Of a DNA stretch of 64,000 nt, positions 34,514 through 41,849 are shown piece by piece. The translations under genes were made by a program, and so were the position numbers. Within the stretch, counting starts at the first letter, position 1. Each line of letters starts with the position of its first letter. The notes under the pieces were generated by a model that did no database searches, was not told the DNA's origin, and worked only from the letters and a program-made list of their open reading frames with translations. This DNA comes from Phycisphaerales bacterium (GTDB taxonomy: Bacteria > Planctomycetota > Phycisphaerae > Phycisphaerales > UBA1924): assembly GCA_965250055.1 (NCBI GenBank), contig OZ252285.1:2599767-2663766 (forward strand), written 5' to 3'.

Positions 34514-35428
34514 ATGATGCGATCTCGAAACATCTTGGGTCTTTGCTCAGCGCTGCTGCTCTGCGCCTCTGCGCACGGCGCGTCCGCACAGCCGCTAGAC
34601 CAAGAGTCCGAGTTGGATTCGGATTCCGGTACTGCAGAAACGACGCAATCAACACACCGCGGACTCCTGCTTGTTGATGACCAGATCAAACCCCAGATCG
34701 AGATCCGTTGGCAGACAACTTCTGGTGATCGTACGCTCTCGGGAACGCTCGGTTACACAGCACCCACGGGCGGGATCGTGCTCGAGGGAGCGGAGGATGA
34801 CGAGAATGTCCTCGCGTATCTCTCGCTCGGAGGCACGCGCGTCGAGACAGGCGCGGGACATCCCAAGGGGTTGGTGATCCGCGTTGGATTGACGAAGCGC
34901 GAGAACGCGCTGCCGTTCTTCGAGGACATCAAGCCGGGCGGAGAGATCGAGATCCATGTCGAGGGGGTCGTGGTTTCTGAGCCCGTCCAATATCACGTCG
35001 GCACAGGGATGATGCACCTCAAGTATGCGCTCGGAGATCTGATCGCATGCTCGCTTCCAGGATCAGCAAGGAATCAGTACCTGCTCTCAGACCCCAAAGA
35101 CACGCTCGGCGGCCGCGTCGTCGCGGGACTCAACGCGACTCCCGGCGCGCTCTCAGGTGAGGATGAATCGCTGGGGTCATTCGTGTTTCACTTCGATGAA
35201 GCAAACCCAACCACGCTCGGATTCACGGTCCGCATCCCGTATGGTCTGCTCCGTCACCTGCAGGACCCTTGGCAATCGACGCTTCCCAACACGTTCTTTG
35301 AACCGATCCACCTGCACGCGGAAGCGGAGGTGATCCCGGTTTGGGCCGAGCCGTTTGATCGGGAGTGGGAGCTTGAAAGCAACGAGCTGCGCGAACCCGA
35401 ATCTGAAGATGTCGAGAGCGACTCATGA
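34514..35428 (+). CDS. Hypothetical secreted beta-rich protein (no dockerin-like tail)
   Basis: Start at MMRSRNILGLCSALLLCASAHGASAQ (signal peptide). Acidic N- and C-terminal segments. No family recognised. It is the only plus-strand gene inside the dockerin-tail cluster apart from the deaminase. Confidence 0.65.
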   Translation: MMRSRNILGLCSALLLCASAHGASAQPLDQESELDSDSGTAETTQSTHRGLLLVDDQIKPQIEIRWQTTSGDRTLSGTLGYTAPTGGIVLEGAEDDENVLAYLSLGGTRVETGAGHPKGLVIRVGLTKRENALPFFEDIKPGGEIEIHVEGVVVSEPVQYHVGTGMMHLKYALGDLIACSLPGSARNQYLLSDPKDTLGGRVVAGLNATPGALSGEDESLGSFVFHFDEANPTTLGFTVRIPYGLLRHLQDPWQSTLPNTFFEPIHLHAEAEVIPVWAEPFDREWELESNELREPESEDVESDS

Positions 35429-35464
35429 ATCGCGTTGTGATCAGTGTTGTGATAGAGTGTGTGC

Positions 35465-35932
35465 ATGACATCACTGAGTGAACAGGATCAGCGAGCGCTC
35501 GACGCCGCGTATGAGCAAGCGATCAAGTCCCGCGACGAGGGGGGCATCCCGATCGGTTCGGCGCTGATGGCGCGTGACGGGACGATTGTTGCTGTGGGTC
35601 ACAACGAGCGCGTGCAGAGCGGTGATCCCACGGCTCACGCGGAGACTGTCTGCATCCGAAACGCCGGGAGACGACGAGATTGGCACGAGCTGACGCTCGC
35701 TTCGACACTGTCGCCGTGCGCGATGTGCACCGGGACCGCGGTCCTGCACCGAATCCCGCGTGTGATCATCGGAGAGCACGAGACTTTCATGGGACGCGAA
35801 GACTGGCTCAAAGGCGAGAGCGTCGAAATCGTCCATGCTCATGACCAGCGCTGCATCGAGCTGATGCGCACGTTCATCGCGGCTCGTCCTGATCTGTGGG
35901 ACGAGGACATTGGTGTGCCGCCTGCTGAGTAG
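35465..35932 (+). CDS. Cytosine deaminase, yeast Fcy1-type (CMP/dCMP-deaminase zinc-binding fold)
   Basis: HAE zinc/catalytic motif (PTAHAETVCI) and PCxxC (LSPCAMCTG). C-terminal FIAARPDLWDEDIG closely parallels yeast Fcy1 FIDERPQDWFEDIG as recalled from memory. Size is 155 aa. Confidence 0.75.
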   Translation: MTSLSEQDQRALDAAYEQAIKSRDEGGIPIGSALMARDGTIVAVGHNERVQSGDPTAHAETVCIRNAGRRRDWHELTLASTLSPCAMCTGTAVLHRIPRVIIGEHETFMGREDWLKGESVEIVHAHDQRCIELMRTFIAARPDLWDEDIGVPPAE

Positions 35933-35943
35933 CTGGTTATGGT

Positions 35944-36597
35944 TTATTCGACGGTGCCGTACATGCGATCACCCGCGTCTCCGAGACCCGGTACGATGTA
36001 GCCCTTCTCATTGAGGTGGTCATCGAGAGCCGCGGCATAGATCGTGACGTCGGGATGATCTTGCTGCAAACGCTCGACACCCTCCGGAGCCGCGACGAGA
36101 CAGATCATGCGGAGATCGGTCGCGCCCGCGTCCTTAAGCATGCTGATCGCGGCTGAGGCGCTGCCTCCAGTCGCGAGCATCGGGTCCACAAGAATCACAG
36201 GACCACTAGAGAGATCCTTTGGGAGCTTGTTGAGGTACGCGACGGGCTCGAGTGTCGATTCGTCACGCGCCATCCCGAGGTGTCCGACGCGTGCTTCAGG
36301 CATGACCTCGAGGATGCCGTCGATCATCCCGAGTCCGGCGCGGAGGACAGGAACAATGGTGACCGTCCCGGCGAGCTGATGTGCCGTTGTCTTGGTGACC
36401 GGCGTCTGGATCTCAACAGGGGTGGTTTTGAATGAACGCGTGACCTCGTAGACCATCAATCCCGCGATCTGTGAGAGCACGGCTCGGAAAGGACGGTGGG
36501 TCGTGGTCTGGTCGCGGATGGTGGTCATCTTGTGCGCGATGAGGGGGTGATCGAAGACGATGACTTTGGGGTTGGAGCTCGTGTGCGTGGTCGTCAT
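35944..36597 (-). CDS. upp: Uracil phosphoribosyltransferase
   Basis: FDHPLIAHKMTTIRD, the PRPP loop ILVDPMLATGGSA, and C-terminal YIVPGLGDAGDRMYGT. ATG at 36597 is preferred over the TTG at 36630. Confidence 0.92.
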   Translation of the reverse strand: MTTTHTSSNPKVIVFDHPLIAHKMTTIRDQTTTHRPFRAVLSQIAGLMVYEVTRSFKTTPVEIQTPVTKTTAHQLAGTVTIVPVLRAGLGMIDGILEVMPEARVGHLGMARDESTLEPVAYLNKLPKDLSSGPVILVDPMLATGGSASAAISMLKDAGATDLRMICLVAAPEGVERLQQDHPDVTIYAAALDDHLNEKGYIVPGLGDAGDRMYGTVE

Positions 36598-36631
36598 ATC
36601 CAAGTGTACGAAGCAGATCGGGAGCGGCAAT

Positions 36632-36664
36632 GAAAAAACCCCGAGACCTGTGAAGGTCCCGGGG
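36632..36664 (-). terminator. Rho-independent terminator of the 437-aa gene
   Basis: Minus strand reads CCCCGGGACC-TTCACA-GGTCTCGGGG (one mismatch) followed by TTTTTTC. Confidence 0.75.
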
Positions 36665-36710
36665 TCGAGATGTTCAAGTGTTCAATCGGGAGTGTCCCGA
36701 TGAAGCTCGA

Positions 36711-36878
36711 TTATGGGCAGCCTTCGCCGAATGCAGCGAGGAATGCGGACACATCGAGGAAGTTGAAGTCGCCTTCGCCGGTGAAGTCAGCCGATGGGTG
36801 GCTCTTACCGAATGCGTTGAGGAACGCGGAGACGTCGAGGAAGTTGAGATCGCCTTCGCCGGTGAAGTCCGCAGGGCA
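36711..36878 (-). other. Dockerin-like double EF-hand module ending Cys-Pro-COOH (copy 6)
   Basis: 55 aa from Cys to the terminal CP. Confidence 0.85.
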
Positions 36879-38024
36879 TCCTGCAGCAGCGGTTGGGACG
36901 ATGCCACCGATGACGAGGGTCTGGTCACCCTTGAACGAGCTGATTGTGGTGTCACCCATGGTTGGTGGGGAATCAGTCTCGAACCAGAAGTTGTACATGG
37001 TGCCCCAGCGTACAGCGTTTGCCCACTGTGTGTCATCGAAGGTCTGGGTGCTCCAGGAGACGCTTGAGCCGCCTTCAGTCGCGGTCCAGTCGTCTGGGAG
37101 GATGTTGCCGTCAACGACGTCGTAGTAATCAACGTCGTTGAAGCCGTGGTTGGAGGTCGCGGTGTTGACCGGGACTGAGAAACCAGAAGCTGCGATGTCG
37201 GAGTTCTGGTTGTACAGGCCGTAGTCGTAGCGCCATGTGCCGTTGCCAAGATCAGTTGCTTTGGAAGCAACGATCATGCGGCCTTCGCCTGGCCACTCAG
37301 CTTCGTTGATCACGACGTCGGCATCGTGTGATTGCCAAGCGTAGATCGCTGGAGTTTCGCGGAAGGTCTGACCAGTGGTGCTTGCGTTGAAGTTCGACTG
37401 GTTGATGGTCATGCGCTTGTAGGACGCGTTGTTGAAGTTGGTTCCGGCTGCGTAGTCATCCTTGTTGGTGTACACACCTTCGCAGTAGAAGGTCGCGGTG
37501 GAGTCGGTGATGTCCGACTGCTGAACCTTGATGCGCTTGAAGATGTTGTTCCCGCTCTGGTTGATACCGGTGTATGGGTACACGTACTGAGCGGTGAATG
37601 GGTTGACTTCCGAGCGAGGACCGAGGTCGCCCTGGGTACCGTTGAGTCCTGCACCGTATGGATCGGAGCAGCCTGGGCCGAGAGCTTGGAAGTTGCCGCC
37701 GCCCTGACATGGCTGACATGCCGAACCCTGGAGGGAAGCGAATGAGTGCTTCAGGTGGGACAGGCCGAGTTGAGTCAAGCGTTCGGTTTCGTTGTCGTAT
37801 TTCCAGATGGTGACACCGATCACTGGGTGATTCGGGGAGTTGTCGATCCAGTCAGCGTTGGAAGTACCGATGTTACATGCGGTGGTACCAACTGAGTAAG
37901 CACGGATTCCGTTGGAAACGCCGTAGTTGTTCACGCCGTCGAGGGTGCCACAGATGACGTCCGGTGTAGCGACAGCGGTACCGGTGCAGGCAGCCAACAC
38001 GGCCGCGAGAGCGATGCGATTCAT
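36711..38024 (-). CDS. Secreted protein of unrecognised family (Cys-containing, Asn/Thr/Gly-rich) with dockerin-like module
   Basis: SD GGAGGA and signal peptide MNRIALAAVLAACTGTAVA. Payload contains ACQPCQGGG and GPGCSDPYGAG. No motif I can assign. The tail is CPADFTGEGDLNFLDVSAFLNAFGKSHPSADFTGEGDFNFLDVSAFLAAFGEGCP*. Confidence 0.85.
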   Translation of the reverse strand: MNRIALAAVLAACTGTAVATPDVICGTLDGVNNYGVSNGIRAYSVGTTACNIGTSNADWIDNSPNHPVIGVTIWKYDNETERLTQLGLSHLKHSFASLQGSACQPCQGGGNFQALGPGCSDPYGAGLNGTQGDLGPRSEVNPFTAQYVYPYTGINQSGNNIFKRIKVQQSDITDSTATFYCEGVYTNKDDYAAGTNFNNASYKRMTINQSNFNASTTGQTFRETPAIYAWQSHDADVVINEAEWPGEGRMIVASKATDLGNGTWRYDYGLYNQNSDIAASGFSVPVNTATSNHGFNDVDYYDVVDGNILPDDWTATEGGSSVSWSTQTFDDTQWANAVRWGTMYNFWFETDSPPTMGDTTISSFKGDQTLVIGGIVPTAAAGCPADFTGEGDLNFLDVSAFLNAFGKSHPSADFTGEGDFNFLDVSAFLAAFGEGCP

Positions 38025-38152
38025 TTCTTTTCCTCCAGTGGGGATTTATGTGGTTGTGTTCAACCCAAGATTACAGGAATTATGGTGGAATTGGTAGGGT
38101 AATTCATCGGGAAATCCGAGAAAATTACCCTAACATATACAGACATTCTGAA

Positions 38153-38320
38153 TTATGGACATCCTTGTGCATAAGCCGAAAGGTACGCGCTGATGTCGAG
38201 GAAGTTGAACGAGCCGTTATCGTCCCAGTCCGCGGCGGGGTCCTCGTTACCAAACGAGGCAAGGAACGTGCTGATATCAAGGAAGTTCAGCGAGCCGTCC
38301 TCGAGCAGATCCGCTTCGCA
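38153..38320 (-). other. Dockerin-like double EF-hand module ending Cys-Pro-COOH (copy 7)
   Basis: 55 aa from Cys to the terminal CP. Confidence 0.85.
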
Positions 38321-39592
38321 CTCTTCCACAGTCAGATCACAGTTCGCGTCGTTCTCAAGGTAGGAAAGGATCCGCGTCTGGACGCGTTCGTGGAAGCGGA
38401 GGTCAATGTTGGACAGTCCGCCGGGGCAGAGGTGGCAGTAGGACATGATGGTCGAGTTGAGGCGCTGCGAGCAGTCGCCGTTCCCGCAGCCGTCGATGAC
38501 CGGGTTGTAGTCATCGTGGGTGTGTCCTGTCCCGAAGTTGTGTCCCATTTCGTGAGCCGCGACGATGACGTCCCAGTTGTTGTGGGAGTTGTCCTGAAGT
38601 GGATTGGGGAAGAACCCGTCGAGGTTGGCGCTGACGCCGATCCCCCAAAAGTCGTTGCACGCGGTCGCGAGCCATGCGACTCCGCCGCCGAGACTGCGAG
38701 CGCTGAGTCCCTGGACGACGGCGCGATCGATGTTCGCTTCATCTCCGGAGTTGAACTCGTCGCGGACGTCTTCGAGGAAGTCACCGATGTCGCTGCCGCC
38801 GTAGGGATCGTTGTTGGACGCGTAGGTGCGGAGGAACGGGACAGAGAGGGTCATGTTCACGTCACGGTTATAAATAGTCGAGATCGCGGCTAGCAGGGAG
38901 GACGCGTAGGACGCTGAAGCGGTGGTGTTGCCTCCAAAGAGCGAGTTGGTGAACTCGTAGTCTGTTTCCACAGCAACCTTCGCATCACGCTGGGGGACTG
39001 CTCCAAGCGGGATGTAGACGTCGCTGGTGCCCGTGAAATCTTGTGCTGGTTGGCGTCCCGATGGGAGGAAAGCCGGGTTGTTCATATCTACAGCACAGCT
39101 TTGACCAAACGCTTCGAGACCGAGTTGGTCCGATGGGGTGATCGCGAGATCCGCGAGGGTTTTCGCTTGCCCGTCGTACTTGCCAGTCGAGATGACGAAG
39201 CTGTTGTGCGCGATTTCAAGGTATCCCGAGGTGCCGAACTGGGTGATCGAGATGTACGCGATCTGGGAATCGTCCTCAGCGAGGTGTCCACGCAGGTGAA
39301 CGTCGGAGGAAAGGTCGATCGGATGCTCGATGCCTTTGGCATCAACAGAGACGATGCGAGCGCCTGGAGTGAACGGCGAGAAGCGTTCGAGCTCGAGCTC
39401 AACGCTCTGTCCGTCTTGGAGGGTGACCGCGAGCTCGACGATATCGCCGATGCGGACCTGCTGGAACGACTGGACGCTGGTCAGCGCGGCTTGGCTGGTC
39501 TCAGCGGTAAACGCATGGGCGTGGGGGGCAGCGAGCGCTGAAAGGTTCAGTGCAGACGCAGCAGCAATGGCAAGAAGGGACGTCGAACGCAT
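38153..39592 (-). CDS. Secreted metzincin (reprolysin/M12B-like) zinc metalloprotease with dockerin-like module
   Basis: SD GGAGAA and a signal peptide. HEMGHNFGTGHTHD equals the HExxHxxGxxH(D) zinc site. The tail is CEADLLEDGSLNFLDISTFLASFGNEDPAADWDDNGSFNFLDISAYLSAYAQGCP*. Confidence 0.88.
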   Translation of the reverse strand: MRSTSLLAIAAASALNLSALAAPHAHAFTAETSQAALTSVQSFQQVRIGDIVELAVTLQDGQSVELELERFSPFTPGARIVSVDAKGIEHPIDLSSDVHLRGHLAEDDSQIAYISITQFGTSGYLEIAHNSFVISTGKYDGQAKTLADLAITPSDQLGLEAFGQSCAVDMNNPAFLPSGRQPAQDFTGTSDVYIPLGAVPQRDAKVAVETDYEFTNSLFGGNTTASASYASSLLAAISTIYNRDVNMTLSVPFLRTYASNNDPYGGSDIGDFLEDVRDEFNSGDEANIDRAVVQGLSARSLGGGVAWLATACNDFWGIGVSANLDGFFPNPLQDNSHNNWDVIVAAHEMGHNFGTGHTHDDYNPVIDGCGNGDCSQRLNSTIMSYCHLCPGGLSNIDLRFHERVQTRILSYLENDANCDLTVEECEADLLEDGSLNFLDISTFLASFGNEDPAADWDDNGSFNFLDISAYLSAYAQGCP

Positions 39593-39811
39593 GGATAGAT
39601 TCTCCGTGATCGGGTTGAGTTCAGCATCAGCACAAGCAATCGGTCAAACGCGACATCGCACGCAGAGCGACTTTGGCTGTCTGAATCGGTCTTTGGATGT
39701 AGAAAACACACAACGCGGGGAGAGTTCCCCTGATTTGATGGTTTCCGATTCGCCTCAGAATCGCATCGGGTTCCATTGTCTAGGTCTTTTTCACTTGTGA
39801 TTGATCGGCCA

Positions 39812-39845
39812 ATAAAAAAAGACCCGCGGTCTAGGCCGCGGGTCT
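39812..39845 (-). terminator. Rho-independent terminator of nhaA
   Basis: Minus strand reads GACCCGCGG-CCTAGA-CCGCGGGTC followed by TTTTTTTTATTG. Confidence 0.85.
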
Positions 39846-39865
39846 TGGTTCAGGTGTGGGTCGCT

Positions 39866-41659
39866 TTAGTCGTCGTCATCATCAACGAGTGGACCAGTCG
39901 TCTCAGGCTCTGGTTCAGGCTTGGGCTTGCACATCAGCAGCACGATCGCACCACCAATCGCTGAGAGCGCCGAAGCGACGAGGATCGCGAGTTTTGCGTG
40001 CTCAAGATGGGTCTGGCTCGATGCGTACGCGAGGTTCGCGATGAAGATCGCCATGGTGAAGCCGATGCCGCCGAGCATGCCGGCGCCGAGGATGTGACGC
40101 CAGGAGACGCCGCGTGGGAGGGTTGCGATTCCCATCAATACTGCGATCCAGCAGAGCACGATGATCCCGAGTGGTTTCCCGACAAAGAGGCCGAGGATGA
40201 TACCGATCGCTGCGGGATCCGAGAGGTTCTCGGTGACTCCGCCGTGGATCGGGATCCCGGCATTGGCGAGCGCGAAGATCGGGATGATCACGAACGCGGC
40301 CCAAGGGTGCAGGACATGCTCGATGCGATGCAAAGGAGGCATGACCAATCGTGAGTTGTGCATGATCGCGTTGACCGCGGCGCGTCGTTCGGATGACTCG
40401 GTCACCGCGAACTCCGGATCGTCGTGTGCGTTTGCGAAGACGTCGAGCGCCTTGCGTGTCGAGAAGACGTAGTTGACCGCGTTGACGCGAGCGTGTGCTG
40501 GGATGGTCATCGCGAGCAGCACGCCTGCGATGGTCGCGTGGACTCCGGACATGTAGACGAAGTACCACAGCGGGAGACCCATCACGAGGTAGAGCGTGAT
40601 CCAGCGGACACGCAGCACATTCATGAACATCAGGACCGCGATGATGGTGCCGGCGTATCCGAGGTACGCCATGTTCAGGTTGTCGGTATAGAACACCGCG
40701 ATGACGATCAGTGCGCCGAGGTCGTCCACGATCGCGAGCGAGGTGAGGAAGACCTTGAGTGAGTTGGGGATGCGCGATCCGAGCATCGCGAGGATACCCA
40801 CAGCGAACGCGATGTCCGTCGCCATCGGGATACCCCATCCACCCATGGTTTCTTCGTTGCCCCAGTTGATCCCGACGAAGATGAGCGCGGGACCGATCAT
40901 CCCGCCCAGGGCGCCGAAGATCGGGAGAGCGGCACGCTTGGGTGATGCGAGCTCACCAACAAGGATCTCGCGTTTGATTTCCAGTCCGACGACGAGGAAG
41001 AAGATCGCCATGAGCAGGTCGTTGATCCAGTGGACCATCGAGAGTCCCTGGTACCAGTGGGGTGCTTTGGGGAGTGGGTGCCAGCCCTTGCCGTGGGAAT
41101 CGCCCTCGGCGTGTGCGTCGTCGGCGTGATCGTCTGCGGCCGAGGCGTGATCCTTCGCCTCTTCGGCGGCCTGTATTTTTCTTTCAACCTCATCGACTTG
41201 TAGTTGAAGTTCTTCTGTTGATTCAGGGGTATCTACAGCTTTGATATAAAACTTTTCTTCACCTGGGATGAGTCTTTCATTTGGATCAAGAGTTGCTTGG
41301 AATCTATCAAATGCCGTTGAAGCCGGATCTTGAGTAGCGGATTCTTCGCTATGCGTGTCATGCCCGTCGTCATGCCCATCGCTGTGTCCATCGCCGTGGG
41401 AGTCGTCGCCGTGTCCTCCGCCGTGTGTGTCGTGGGGGTTGTCAGCGACCGTGATGCGGATCTCGGTGTCGTTGAAGATTTCCTTGTAGCTGTCGTAGTC
41501 CTTGTTTGCCCAGACCATCGCGATCGCGGTCATGAGCAGCAGGACGATCCCGCCGGAGCTTGAGAGCTTGGCGAATCGTGTGAATGGTCGCGCGAGGCGT
41601 TCCCCCGGCTCGGGGTTGAGGCCGTGTGCTGCGGTTGGGACATTGTGATCGTCTGACAT
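39866..41659 (-). CDS. nhaA: Na+/H+ antiporter NhaA with a large His/Asp-rich insertion between TM1 and TM2
   Basis: NhaA signatures WINDLLMAIFFLVVGLEIKREILVGEL and IVDDLGALIVIAVFYT, with about 12 TMs. Start taken at MSDDHNVP (41659); the track ORF extends to 41794. Confidence 0.9.
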   Translation of the reverse strand: MSDDHNVPTAAHGLNPEPGERLARPFTRFAKLSSSGGIVLLLMTAIAMVWANKDYDSYKEIFNDTEIRITVADNPHDTHGGGHGDDSHGDGHSDGHDDGHDTHSEESATQDPASTAFDRFQATLDPNERLIPGEEKFYIKAVDTPESTEELQLQVDEVERKIQAAEEAKDHASAADDHADDAHAEGDSHGKGWHPLPKAPHWYQGLSMVHWINDLLMAIFFLVVGLEIKREILVGELASPKRAALPIFGALGGMIGPALIFVGINWGNEETMGGWGIPMATDIAFAVGILAMLGSRIPNSLKVFLTSLAIVDDLGALIVIAVFYTDNLNMAYLGYAGTIIAVLMFMNVLRVRWITLYLVMGLPLWYFVYMSGVHATIAGVLLAMTIPAHARVNAVNYVFSTRKALDVFANAHDDPEFAVTESSERRAAVNAIMHNSRLVMPPLHRIEHVLHPWAAFVIIPIFALANAGIPIHGGVTENLSDPAAIGIILGLFVGKPLGIIVLCWIAVLMGIATLPRGVSWRHILGAGMLGGIGFTMAIFIANLAYASSQTHLEHAKLAILVASALSAIGGAIVLLMCKPKPEPEPETTGPLVDDDDD

Positions 41660-41849
41660 GTCGGGACTCCGATGAGTTCGTAAGGTCGTCACCCACCTGT
41701 TTCGGGGGCGATAGAAGCCAGTGTGACACTGTTCTATCGGGCGTAGGCGAGGGGTCTGTTTATTGCCAGACGCGAAGTTCGCGCCGAAAAGCAACTCGCT
41801 GTCATTCCGAGCGAGTCAAGACGATTGGGAGTTGGCGAAATCTGCGCGG

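Noticed and set aside
18581-38290. Thirteen dispersed copies of a ~27-nt core (GAGGAAsGCGGAGAyrTCGAGGAAGTTsA), which could be taken for a REP/MITE-like DNA repeat.
   Set aside because: Every copy is in frame within the terminal protein module. The similarity is explained by amino-acid conservation plus the genome's strong codon bias (AAC, TTC, CTC, GAC), so it is not an independent DNA element.
25787-39592. The idea that the tRNA-Leu marks the edge of an integrated genomic island carrying the dockerin-tailed genes.
   Set aside because: There is no integrase, recombinase or transposase, and I found no direct repeat of the tRNA 3' end. Two carriers lie on the other side of the tRNA (18550-21037), and housekeeping upp is inside the region.
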